From assembly GCF_009834535.1 (NCBI RefSeq), contig NC_045697.1, positions 30,940,001 to 31,004,000 of the forward strand: DNA of 64,000 nucleotides. Direction: 5' to 3'. This document shows positions 52,172-64,000 of this stretch, piece by piece. Each line of letters begins with the position of its first letter. The first letter of the stretch is position 1. This stretch comes from Camelus ferus. Its lineage: Eukaryota. The notes under the pieces are model-generated. The model made no database searches. It was not told where the DNA came from and worked only from the letters and a program-made list of their open reading frames with translations. Position numbers and translations under genes: made by a program.

Positions 52172-52671
52172 TGTATATATCACATTTAGAAATTGAAATT
52201 CTTAAAACCACCCAGGGCCAGGTACCCGCTGGAAAATGATCCTCCATTCTCAGGGCTGTGATACACCAGGCTGATGACGGCTCTCTAGAGGGTGAGCTCT
52301 ATAGGGGGCGATCTTGGCCACCACTAAGTCCTCTGAACTTACAGTGCTGGACCCATAGTAAGTACTCAAAAAACATTCATTGACTAAATGAACGAGATGG
52401 ACCCATCACTGACGTTGCTTTTTAATTCTCTCTCCTGAACCAAATCTGATGCCTGATTAAAAGTCACCTTCACTAATTCATCTTAATCCTGTATATTCCT
52501 TTTTTTTTTTTTTGTCAAATCCCATCATACAGGTCACAGTAAGGGCTCTTTATCGGCTTCCCGTTTTTATTGAGTTCCCCGTATTTAAACAAAAATGACA
52601 GAATAGCTTTGGTCTTGATTAATGATCTAAATGTACTTGATTAATGATCTAAATGTACTAAATGATCTAAG

Positions 52672-53244
52672 TGAACTAAAAGTTCATGTAAGTAGACCGC
52701 CCATTAAGACATCCAGAACTTAATTTTGCTGTTCTGTATTTACTGACTGATTTGAGATACATTTATTTAAGCTGACAAAATAAAATTATATTTTAGGCAG
52801 GACAAGAAAAATTTAACATCAAATTTTCTCTGCTGTTTGAGCCAATATCCCCTCCCCTTTAGTGTGCATTGTGCATCTGCGTTAAACATTAACTGGATCC
52901 TCTTAGAAGACACAGGAATGCCTGCTCACCAAAAAAAAGCAGTTTCTTCCTGGCACCAGCACGATGGCTTCTTAGGAGATAACATTCCTCCTCAATCCTG
53001 TAAGGGGTTACGATAACCTACTACTCACCTTGTTGGGCTGTGCAAACTGTCAGTATGTTACTTTGATGCATAGCCCTTTGATGTATAACTGACCCTTTGT
53101 CTCAAAAATTTGTACAACTGCTTTGACCTCTAATGGGGGAACAGTCCTCAGTGCTTTCTGAAAGACTGTCTCCCGAGTTATAATCTTCAAGTTAGCTGAA
53201 ATAAACTTCTCTATTTCTTTCTTAGACTAATTTTTTTGTCGACA
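52672..53244 (+). mobile_element. ERV1-class solo LTR
   Basis: Ends AATAAACTTCTCTATTTC...TTTTTGTCGACA; contains CAGTCCTCAGTGCTTTCTGAAAGACTGTCTCCCGAG, similar to the MER41-like R region. 5' boundary uncertain. Confidence 0.65.
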
Positions 53245-54127
53245 AAGTCTTTATAATATCTAGGGCATATTGTTCAATTCCTCATCTCAGAACCTCTCTC
53301 ATTATCATTTACCGTTGACTGGGAACTTCTGAATTTGAGTTGTTTCACTAATCCTGGTCTACTTTGCAATGAATTCAGAGTAACTTTACACTGGTTACAT
53401 GTAGTGAGTGAAAAGCAAGCATGAATGAGAAACAATGCTTTGGGGGTAGAGAGTATTTCAGAACATAAATATGTTTTCTTAAGGTGGGATGATAATGATG
53501 TCTTAAATGATAAAGACAGTTGGTCTAACAAATGCTAATTTTCCTTAAAGAAGGTAGCATGGAAAAGCAACATTATAAAAATACCTTACATGTGTGGGTA
53601 ATTTACAGATTGCCTTACCCTTAGAATTTCTACATAAATATACTAATGGTATTTTTTTTTAGACTCAGGTCTCACTCACTGTGGAGCAGGAAACTCATAC
53701 CTAGATCTTTTCCGTTCAGACTGGAGGTTATGTGAGTTTTTCACGTGTGCACTGAACAGTCTCCTTCTAGGCAGAGAATAGTGTAAGATTATCCCATTGA
53801 GAGAAAGGGGGAAAGGGAGGAATACAGTCCTAGAAACGGGAGCATTACCCCATCACTGCTGGTGTTACTGTTCACTAAGAAAGTGCAGTGTCTTAGTGAC
53901 ACACATGCTGTTACCATGCCCACCACGTGTCTTACTTCTCCTCTGCTTCCCAATGACCTACGGCTCACTTTTCAACTTTAATTTTAAAGGGACATCATCC
54001 TACCCTAGATTTGGGGTCAGGCAGTGGAGGGGTCAGCTAGTAAAATTAGATAGAAACTGGGAGCAGGCAGCAGGGGGAGCTGGGTTGTAAGCAGCCAAGT
54101 GAATACTGGTGGAGAATGGCCAAGTGA

Positions 54128-54365
54128 CATTACTATACGTGAAGTGGCTAAGCAGCAAGGACCTCCTGTAAGGCACAGGGAACTGTATGCAATTTCTTGT
54201 GATGAGCCGTAATGGAAAAGAAACTGAAAAAAATATATATATGTATGTATGTATATGTATAACTGAATCGCTTTGCTGTACACCTGAAACTAACATTGTA
54301 AATCGACTACACGTCAATAAAAAAAGAATAAAATAATAGAAAAGAAAGGAGGAAACAAACAAATA
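54128..54365 (+). mobile_element. L1 3' end with A-rich tail
   Basis: CAAGGACCTCCTGTAAGGCACAGGGAACT...AACTGAATCGCTTTGCTGTACACCTGAAACTAAC...CAATAAAAAAAG. Confidence 0.85.
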
Positions 54366-55404
54366 AACCCCATGAAGGCCATAGAGCCAAAAAAGTTTCA
54401 AACCAGCAACAGGTTGTCCTGGAAACGTAGAGGCTGGACCCGCCAAGGCGACACTTGGGAAGCAGGCAGAAACTGTGATACGTGTTGTCCTCTGACCCTG
54501 TCTCGTGCCCATCCTTATAAAGCTCTCTTCTTTCAGGTATCCGTGTTCTTTCCAGGCCTGCAGTGTTCACACTGCCTCCCTGAGGCTCGCACTATTCTGG
54601 TCCCTTCTTCCCATGTGGAACTTTCCTGCTCAGGGCTGTAAACCTTGAGGGGTCTGTTCTAGGTGATCTGGTGACCAGTATATGCCGAAGCATCAGTAGG
54701 TGATACAGTATAACATCAGCTTTTCCAAATTAAGTCCATGAAATGTACATTGACACATAAAGAAGAAATAAGAATTTCAGGCAGATCAAGAAAGAGATGA
54801 TTTGGGGGAATAATTTGATCTTTGATGCCTCCAAAAATTCCATCTTATTAGATATCTTTCTAAAGTGTTCAGCATTCATAGACAAGATTTGCCTCAGAAT
54901 CACAGGATTTTATAGCTAAGGAGGGATTGTCTCTGCCATTCTTTCCTGATCTTGTCATGGCTCCCCGTACCTCTCTCCACAGTGGGTGCTCACCTAGTGC
55001 TAGTTAACAGACAACAATAACCTAGACATGAAAATTTCTGTCCTGTAATGACATCTGCTGTCACTATTTGTGACGTGCACAAAATGCAGTTGGTGAAATC
55101 CGTAACTGAATTGTGAAAGCAGCTTTTTACAGAGGCTGTGGGGCTGGAGTGTTACAAGATAATGACACTTCAATTGGTCTGTTTAATTCTAATGTGGTTG
55201 CCATAGGTGAAGCCTTTTTCCAGCGGGCCAGATCCATGAATGTGAGAAGAAAATCAACTGCCTAAGGGATTTCAAGGCTGCAGAAAAAGCCCTCTGCCAT
55301 CTGCTCCCCAGAATACCTCCCTCGCTTCTTGTTGCCTGAAATTCCGCAAATGGTGCTCCAGCTTTTTTCTTCTGTTTCCTTTCCCCATGAAGATAAAATG
55401 ACAA

Positions 55405-55572
55405 AATAAATTCCCCTGGGGAGATGTTCAAAAAGTCCCCTTGCTGGGGCCTGATTCTCCAGAGCGCCTGCTTTTATTAATCTGGATTAGGGCCCAGGTA
55501 TTGGTATTGTTTTAATAAATCCCTGGGTAATTTTAATGTGCAGCCAGCGCCCGTGAACAGTTAGTGAGACAC
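55405..55572 (+). mobile_element. MER5-family hAT MITE
   Basis: AGGGCCCAGGTATTGGTATTGTTTT...CCCTGGGTAATTTTAATGTGCAGCCAG. Confidence 0.6.
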
Positions 55573-56469
55573 TAAAATGTACTCATCTGCATCTGAGATG
55601 TCTGAGCGTGGGCGTTTTGTTCTTGTTTTCTTTTCGATTACCTACCTGTCTGAGAAAAGAGGTTACTAGAGGGAGGAGGGCAATAAAAAGAACTGTGGAT
55701 TGTAGAGGCAATTCACAGTCAAACCAGAGAGACTGGACTGGAGAACAGGGGGATTCCAAAAACAAGCATTGTTCGTTTCATAGTGCTTGAAGGCCAGGCT
55801 TGTTAGGATTAATGACAAACAAGGAGGAAAAGACCAGCGGGAGCCTGCCCTCCCTTCCCCTGGGCATCTCAGGAGCATTTGACAAGCAGGTCGGGGGCTC
55901 AGGGAAACGGAGCACACACTGATCTATAGGCGGTACAAGGAGTTTTAGGATGTTGCTGCCACTGTTGCTTCTGCCCTGCCGACCCGTCAGGGAGCTGCGT
56001 CATCTCCCCTTTGATTTGAAGTTCCAGATTAATGGGCCTGAAAATTGAATTAGCTCAGCGACTGCTCAGAGGTCCATGGTGAAATAGGGACAGCCTGTGG
56101 CTAGGTGCTACACGATCTTTTCAGCTTGCGTTTTCAGGGTTAAATTTGAGATGGTAATACCACGTGGACAAACCAAAGGTGGGGTTAGAGGTCAGATGTT
56201 CTAAAATGTGTTCAGGTGTCAAAATGTAGGATGAACAATCCCTTGTTTTTCTTTGCCTCGATGCGCCTCAAGGTTTTCAAAGCAACAAGACTGGTCCAAG
56301 AAAATAAGCAAATTAAGCGTGGCGTAAAGGTGGTCTCTGCAAGGAGTTAACTTATCTTTTTCAATTGCTTGAGAATCCTAGTGATGTTTTCTCTCTTGTA
56401 AACAAAAATGGAAGCTTCTGACTGAGTTGGCTCCCTGGCAAGGCTTTGGGGATGGGCTTCCCTATCAAG

Positions 56470-58025
56470 CCCCAGGGCCCCTCACTTGCACTAGTCCCAT
56501 CTCAGGGCCTGCAAGGAGCTGCCCTAGCAATGAGTTCTACTAGTCATATGTTTTGTAAAATTTGAAAGAAAAGAAAAAAAGGTGTTTCAACATCAATCAG
56601 TTAAGACTATTATCTCCACCCCAAATTTTCCTCTGATGTACTTCCTCTCATGGTATGTGACCTTGGAGGGGCTGTACGTGTTTTTGGGATCTGGCTAAGG
56701 GGTTTATAAGATAATTTGTGTAGTTTGCAGTCACTTCAATATATACCTAGGTTATTGCCAGGTATTCTAACGTTTACATAGTTTACACTCACCGCTCACT
56801 GTATCCGGCATCATCACCTAAAGCTACATACAGTATCATGATGTAAACTAGCTCCAGAAGCATGTTGGTAAGAAATGTGAACGAAAAATACTGCAAACCA
56901 TATCAGTAAACAAAGAACGCTGAAGCCATCAAGTCATCCGCGGCTGCTGCCACACCCCAGGGAAGACAAGCCTGCAGCCCAGCCTCTTCAGCCACTCACA
57001 ATGGTGCACCCTGAGGGAACTCAGAATAAGAAAGGACAGGATACTGGCCCTAGATAGCTAGATGCTTGTCAAAGGAATGAATTCAAGGAGCCCAAATGTT
57101 TGGTTCCTCCCATACATAGAAAAGCACTGAATTCTTTAACTTGAGATGCCGGTTTTTCTTAAGATAACGAGTAATCTTTTATTATTCCAACTACCTGGTC
57201 TTTGTTGTAAAGCTCCTGTATATCGTAGCCCCTCCCCTACCTCTTTGGAGCAGTCCCTCAGAGCGATCTGAGAGGCTGTCATCCCGGCTCGAGTCCTCCC
57301 GCCAAATAAAACATAACTCTCAAATTTTAGGCAGCGCATTTATTTCAGTCAACAGAAAAAAGGGTGAAACAAATCTTGGAATGTGTGGAGTCAGAAACTA
57401 GTCCATGGAAAATTCTCTCCACGGTCAGACATGTAAAATTGTAAGTGGAGAATTCAGTTTGTGTTGATACCTAATTAAAGCAGAAATTCTTTCTAGTCAG
57501 TAACATTCTACCTTTTTTTATGGGATATCCACGAAATAGAATTTATCAGAATTCCTGTGTTTATAGGACACACATACATAGCAGTAGGACAAACTGGTGA
57601 AGCTACATATTTTATGCATTCCCAGCACATCAGTGGCACTTCAGAATATCTGATATATCTTGCCTTAATTAAGTTGGTGGTTCCAGACCAAATGGCAGGT
57701 AACTTGTCTGCAATAAAATGGAGCAATCAACTGTGTTGAAGGAAAAGAATGACTTACACTGCTAGTCTCTGTATTGGAAAATGTTTCAAAGTGATTGTAT
57801 GAAGAGGCGGTCAAAGAGTATATAGCCAAAAAATGGAGGAAAAAAGGTATTATAGAGGTGTTTCTGATGATTGATTAATATGTTATATTATTATTTTAAT
57901 TTTGTAATGTTTTCATTTTTAGTAGGCTTTTTAAAATTTATAATTTGTTGTGATTTCATCTCTCCTTCGAAATAAATAGCCCTTTTATATCTAACCTGAT
58001 ATTCTCAATTTTACATTCTTTTCTT
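56470..58025 (+). mobile_element. Arthur1 (MER69-like) hAT-Tip100 element split by an LTR
   Basis: CAGGGCCCCTCACTTGCAC...GCCCTAGCAATG...GTCATATGTTTTGTAAAATTTG, resuming after the LTR with GGAAAATTCT...CGAAATAGAATTTATCAGAATTCCTGTGTT...CTGCAATAAAATGGAGC. Confidence 0.7.
56876..57354 (+). mobile_element. ERV1 solo LTR, MER41-like, 4-bp TSD
   Basis: TG (56876)...CA (57354) flanked by GAAA on both sides; AATAAA at 57305; related to 2992-3440. Confidence 0.85.
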
Positions 58026-58214
58026 AGAGAGCTTCCAAATGAAGTGTCAGGTTGGACACTTCCTCCCTGTCTCTGTGGAGGAAATTCCCACGTGAGGGGC
58101 AGGTCATAAAGCAGAAGTGGAGAAGGGGATTGTGGGCCTTGACTTGAGACTTTTCTACTTGCTCAGGGGTGAGGTTCTCTTCTGAACTCAGCAATTTTAT
58201 TGGCTGAGTCGTCA

Positions 58215-58841
58215 TGATGCAGGAAAACGGCTGTGGAGCATGAGGAGGGCCGTGTCCCAGGCTTCCACTGAGCCCCTGGGATGTGCCCCACCAAGCGTGG
58301 GTCCTTGGCTTCACGCAGGAAAGAACTCAAGAGCGAGCCACAGTTGAGTAAAGGTAGATTTATTCAGAGAGATACCTTTAAAGGCAAGAGAAAGGCCAAG
58401 AGTTGTAGGAGTTGGGTGCACAGATTAAAAGTAGGTACACGCTCCATAGACAGAGTGCGGGCCGTCTCTGAGGGGGGGCAGGGAGGCAGCCTTGAGGCAC
58501 TGTGTTGCTAGTTTTTATGGGCTTGGTGGCTTCATATGCTAATAAGTGGAAGGACCAGTCTAAGTAGCCTGGGGAAGGGGCTGGGATTCCCAGGAAGTTG
58601 GCCATTTCCCATTCTTTGACCTTTTGTGGCTAGCCTTGGGACTGCCATGGTGCATGTGGACGTATTATTTACCATGTTAATATATTACAATGAGCGTATA
58701 ATGAAGCTCAAGATCTACTAGAAGTTAAATCTCCCACCATCCTGAGCCTCAAGGCCTACTGGGGGCTGAATCTTCCACCATTTTGATGTTAATTGCTGTA
58801 GCATTCCTTGAATGGCTGTGCCCTGCCCCCTTCCTGTCTCA
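58215..58841 (-). mobile_element. ERV1 solo LTR (LTR39-like) with perfect 4-bp TSD
   Basis: TG...CA termini; GTCA at 58211-58214 and 58842-58845; AATAAA on the minus strand (TTTATT ~58359). Confidence 0.85.
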
Positions 58842-60230
58842 GTCAGATCCACATCTCTGAGGGAGGGAAAAGGGGAGAGGAATGCTCTTTATTGGACACC
58901 CGAGGGCAAAATGCTAGGAACACACCAGCGCTTTTCATCCGTGGTCTCATTTAGTCCGCACAGCTGGTTTGTGAGGTTGGAAGAAGCTACGCTGAGTGGA
59001 TGCAGAACTTACACCAAGTGGACGTGCTGGAATTAGAACCTGTATCTGTCTGACTTTATGAACTATGATTTTTGACATGACTTACAGATTTAAGACTCTG
59101 AGATCCCTCTTCTATAAAATGAGGATAACTATGTCTTATTTACCCGCTTCCCAGGATTGTGTCAGCCATCAAATGAAGCAGGCTGTGAGAAAGGACTTTA
59201 AATATTATTCCGTAAATATGAAACCATGCTCATGGTCTGCAGCTCGGCATGCAGCCCCTGTGATTTGGAGTATTAAATTATTCAACAGTAACAGCTCTGA
59301 GATATTGCAGCAAATGGAGCTACTTAAATGTCTTTCAAAAGTAGTGACATTGCAGGTTTTCTGTGCCTACTGGATTAGCTGTTTTCTGCTTGGACCCCAA
59401 TAGGGAGATATCTCTTTTTACTCTTGGAGCTCTTGGCTCCACCCAGAGCAGAGAATAGAGGTTAGAAGGATAATCACGATGGTAAAAAGAGACAAAGAGC
59501 TTAGAGCTGAGTTTGCAGAAAGAAATGACCCTTAATACACAGCATATTGGAGAAAGTCGTCGTCAGCCAACGGCAGTTATTAAAGATTTGGTCATTTCAG
59601 TGAACTTTGTGCTTTGCAGAGTCTCAGAACAATATGTTAAACGAATTTCAGGTTTAAATTACAAGGTTACTGGTAGAATTTGGAAGACGATACATCCAGA
59701 TGGGACCAACACAGTCTATTCCCTTGGCCAGGCTGGGTAAGGAAGATGAATTCCTCATTAAAAAGAAACTTTTGGTTAATATCAGAATAAAATTGTAGAA
59801 TTATTTAGAGAAAGTTGTGTATGTTGATGTTCAAGTAAACTGTATATTAATATGAACAAATTTTTCATTTCAAAGTATGTGATTGGTAGTTCTCAGTTAA
59901 ACTGTTTTTTTTCCCTTCAAATGATGAATTTAAAAATAATTCTAAGTATTTTTATAGATAGGTACTTGAACTAGATAGAGCATACATAATTATTGTTATC
60001 AAGATTCTGATTTTTGGAAAAGGTAAAGCTGGGTTAGAAGAACTGCTTTAACAGGGTTTATTACTGAATGTGCTACCTGCAAGGCCACACTGAGGTGTAG
60101 AACTTGATAGGCAGGTTAAAGAACTTGAACTTTTTCAGACGGAAATTTTAAAAATATATTTAAAATTTTTATATAGTGGAGGTGAGGAGAAACTTTTTTT
60201 CTAAGAAGTTATCACAGACAGAATCACATA

Positions 60231-60520
60231 CAAGCATACCTTGGAGACATTGCAGATTCAGTTTCAGACCACTGCAATAAAGTGAATATTACAATAAAGC
60301 CAGTCACATGAGTTTTTTGGTTTCCCAGAGCATATTAAAGTTATGTTTACACTATACTGTAGTCTGTTAAGTGTGCAATAACATTATCTCTGAAAAAACA
60401 ATGTACATTCCTTAATGAAAAATACTTTATTGCTAAAAGATGCTAACCATCATCTGACAATTCAGGGTTGCCACAAAACTTTAATTTGTGAAAAATGCAG
60501 AATCTGCAAAGCACAGTGAG
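60231..60520 (-). mobile_element. Tigger1-derived non-autonomous TcMar element
   Basis: TA then CAAGCATACCTTGGAGACATTGCAG...CAGACCACTGCAATAAAG...GTTATGTTTACACTATACTGTAGTC; the other terminal repeat is missing. Confidence 0.85.
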
Positions 60521-60799
60521 AGGAGATAAACATTGATAATATCCAAGATATTTGTCAGGTTATATTCTATTTATCTAGTTCTTATCTTTCCATTTTTCTT
60601 TTATAATTTTTAATCTGTAGATGTTATAGAGTTACAGAGTTCCAAGACAACTTCCTAGAAGCCACAGTATAGGTTTGAAATTTAGTAAACTGAATTACTC
60701 ATCCCCATAATCCAACCTATGTCTGGCTTTATTTCATTTTATTTTTAATGATTATTTTTTCTTTTTCACATTACCACTTTCTCCACTGTATCTTTTTCT

Positions 60800-61040
60800 T
60801 GATTGAAATATAGTTGGTTTACAATATTGTATTTGTTTCAGATAAACAGCAAAGTGATTGTTATAAATATATATAATTTATATAATATGTATATTATATT
60901 TATATATATAATTATATATATATATTCTTTTTCAGATTATTTTCCATTCTAGGTTATTGCAAAATAGTTATTTGGGAAATATGTATATATATACACATAC
61001 ACATATATAGACACACACATACGTACACACACACACACAC

Positions 61041-61089
<49 letters not shown>

Positions 61090-62035
61090 TGTGCTATATA
61101 GGAAGTCCTTGTTTATCTATTTGATATATAGGAATGTGTCTCTACTAATCCCAAACTCCTGATTTATCCCTCCTCCACCCTTTCTCCTTTGGTAACTGTA
61201 AGTTTGTTTTCTGTGCCTGTGAGTCACTTTCTGTTTTGTAAATAAATTCATTTGTATTATTTTTTAAATTCCACATATAAGTGATAATATACAGTATTTT
61301 TCTGACTTACTTCTCTTAGTATGATAATCTCTAGGTCCATCCATGTTGCTGCATATGGCATTATTTCACTCTTTTAAATGGCTGAATAATATTCCATTGT
61401 GTGTATGTTGGTTAACTGTCAGTGGACATTTAGGTTGTTTCCTTGTCTTTGCTATTGTAAATAGTGCTGCTATAAACATTGGGGTGAATGTATCTTTTTG
61501 AATTAGAGTTTTCGTCTTTTCTGGATATATGCCCAAGAGTGAGACTGCTGGATCATATGGTAGTTCTATTTTTAGTTTTTTAAGAAACCTCCCATAGTGA
61601 CAGCACCAAAATCCATTCCCACCAAGAATATAGGAAGGTTCCCTTTTCTCCACACCCTCTCCAGCATTTATTTGTAGACTTTTTGATGATGGCCATTCTG
61701 CCTGGTGTGAGGTGATACCTCATGGTAGTTTTGATTTCCATTTCTCTAACAATTAGTGATATTGAGCATCTTTTCACATTCCAGGTGGCCGTCTGTATGT
61801 CTTCTTTGGAGAAGTGTCTATACAGATCTTCTGCCTAGTTTTTGATTGGGTTTTTTTTTTTGTTTTTTTTTTTGATATTGAGTTGTATCAGCTGTTTGTA
61901 TATTTTGTAATTAAGCCCTTGTAGGTCACATCAGTTGCAAATATTTTCTCCCATTTTGTAGGTTGTCTTTGTTTTGTTTATGGTTTCCTTTGCTGTGCAA
62001 AAGCTTATATGGTTGATTAGGTCTCATTTGTTTTT
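60800..62035 (-). mobile_element. L1 3' end including ORF2 C-terminus, with internal (TA)/(CA) microsatellites
   Basis: ORFs 61580-61777 ([30 protein letters not shown]...CWRGC) and 61366-61653 ([19 protein letters not shown]...PMFIAALFTIAK) are the L1 ORF2p C-terminal domain, frameshifted. Confidence 0.95.
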
Positions 62036-62124
62036 AGAACATCAGATCACCTTGCAGACATCTAAACACACTAAAATTACATATGTGTAGGGGAAAAATA
62101 TTCAAAAGATAAAGTAGTATACAT

Positions 62125-62500
62125 AGCATATTTGTGGTTATCTGAGGTGATGGGTTGGGGTAGGGGGAATAAGATGAATGCAGTCAAAAGGTACAAACTT
62201 CCAGCTTTAAAATAAATAAGTACTAGGGATATAATGTGTAGCATGACAAATACAATTAGCATTGCTGTATGTTATATATGAGAGTTGTTAAGAGAGTAAA
62301 TCCCAGGAGTTCTCATCACAAGAAAAACATTTTTTCTTTCCTCTTTTATTTTGTACCTATATGAGATGATGGATGTTCACTAAAGTTACTGTGGAAATCA
62401 CTTCATGATGTATGTAAGCCAATCATTACGCCGTACACCTTAAATTTATACAGTGCTACATGTCATTTATATCTCAGTAAAACTGTAAGGAGAAGAAAAA
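62125..62500 (+). mobile_element. L1MA-like 3'UTR
   Basis: GTCAAAAGGTACAAACTTCCAG...GTTGTTAAGAGAGTAAATCC...GTACACCTTAAATTTATACAGTG. Confidence 0.85.
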
Positions 62501-63574
62501 GATTAAAGTAATACAGTAAGGGGTGTTTTGAATTGTGATTTGATTCTGTCTGCTTTAATGGGAGTTGGACCAATTTACATTGTGTGAATTTATCCCAGTG
62601 ATATTTCGTTATCCATCAGACATCAGTGTCCCAGGCAACCACCTGGCTAATCTGCCCATCAATCCAGCTCAAGATAAAAGTTACTTATTTTGTTTTTTCC
62701 TTGTCTAGCTTTCCTCTTCTAAATTATGTTTTACTTGGTTCTTATGTTTAATCTCTGTTTACATTTTTGCTGTTTTATTGCATGTAGTCTGTTATAGTCA
62801 TATTAAATTTTTGTGGAAAGTGATAAGGCATAAAACAAATAATATTGGCTGTTTCAATCTATCTTGCCTGTCTCCTTTGTTTTATCTCTTCCATCTGCCT
62901 CAAGTGATCAGAATTCTGATGAGATGGTTGCCTGACACCTCCCTGTTGTCTTGACATTTACTCTTGGCTCTAATCTGACTATCAACTATGTCTCCATAGA
63001 GAAATGGGTGCTCAGACTGCAGGGTGTGTGTGAAGACTCTGACCTTCCCAGGAGCTGGACATTTAGGCTAAGTTTCAATTCTGTGTCTGGAAGTTGGCAT
63101 GGGAGGAAAATCTGAATTCTTTTGTTCCTGAAGAGAGATTGTAACTCTGATGTCTGTGGATCCCCAAGAGGAAGAGCCTTGTCATTTTATTCATGCCATA
63201 CCAGGAGGACCTGCTGATTGTCAAGGCTCTGGAGGGGCATTGCGATCATCCTCCTGTCGGAGATCAGCAATCAAGCTTTTCTCTGTGTTTGCAGAAGGAA
63301 CTGGAGAGTTTCCGGTTTCACATCCCTGTCTGTGACGAGCCCTACATCCGAGCACTTGTGGGTTCCCATCACATCCCAGGTACTCCTTTAGCTTGGTGTG
63401 TAAACAAACTCAGGGTATGTGTATGCAAAGGAAATAATTGCAATCTAAGGGGACCCAGCACCAGTGTCTTTGAGGTAAAACAAGGAGACGGACAGACAGA
63501 CAGAGGGAGACAGAGAAAATGGATAAAAAGAATAGGAAAGCTTTAATACAGTAATTAAACTGTTAGAGCAAACA

Positions 63575-64000
63575 GATAAATATTCGAATGACCACAACAC
63601 AATGTTTTTAAAGAAGACTCAAGAAGATTCCATTACAGCTTAATAAAGACTTTCTGAAACTTAAAAATCTGATTATATTTAAATTTAGAAACTGAGTGAA
63701 TGAATTAAGGAGAGATTAGTCACTATAGAGATCATCCTTGAGAGTCAAGTAGAAGACACATTTTAAAACAGCAAAAATACAAAGAGAATGAAATCATGAG
63801 GAAGAAGTTACAGAATTTTGAGGCAGCAGCAAGAGTTCTAAAGTATGGAGAGAATAGAGATTCTTAAAAGGGGGGAAAAGAACACATCAAAGGAAACATA
63901 ACAATCAAAATAACAATTGGGAAAAATCACGTTGGATTGAAAAGACTTGCAGATTCAGATTGAAACTGTCCACGCAGAGTTGATGTCCGTTCCTTTCCAT
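63575..64000 (+). mobile_element. HAL1/L1 ORF1-region remnant
   Basis: A-rich segment with GAAATCATGAGGAAGAAGTTACAGAATTTTGAGG and CAGATTCAGATTGAAA, reminiscent of HAL1/ORF1. Confidence 0.5.

Noticed and set aside
60800..62500. Oppositely oriented adjacent L1 pieces as a twin-priming inversion
   Set aside because: Both pieces carry their own, different 3'UTRs, so they are independent insertions.
63150..63546. Overlapping 61-aa and 117-aa ORFs
   Set aside because: No recognisable homology or gene structure, and lengths are within chance expectation.
1..64000. Remaining ORF-track entries as genes; CRISPR arrays, rRNA or operon-like systems
   Set aside because: ORFs are short, often lack ATG starts and mostly overlap repeats; no repeat-spacer array, rRNA or prokaryotic gene organisation was seen.

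Overview
This is AT-rich, repeat-dense mammalian non-coding DNA (intergenic or deep intronic). It is most likely camelid, because it carries a tRNA-Ala-derived SINE of the camelid Vic-1 type and I saw no Alu, BovB/Bov-tA or PRE-1 SINEs. I recognise no host protein-coding gene; the only ORFs with recognisable homology are LINE-1 ORF1/ORF2 remnants. The window is a mosaic of L1/HAL1, L2 and MIR fragments, MaLR, ERVL and ERV1 solo LTRs, and hAT and Tigger DNA transposons. Repeat family names come from remembered consensus sequences, not a search, and most boundaries are approximate unless target-site duplications (TSDs) are given. The most notable items are a full-length U6 snRNA/L1 chimeric retrocopy with a 13-bp TSD (27.75-28.11 kb), a perfect 29-bp-arm inverted repeat (36075-36140), a STAT/NF-kB/CRE/AP-1 motif cluster with a candidate exon (13.7-15.1 kb), and several very short L1 tail insertions with clean TSDs. 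I found no convincing evidence of a wholly new biological system.
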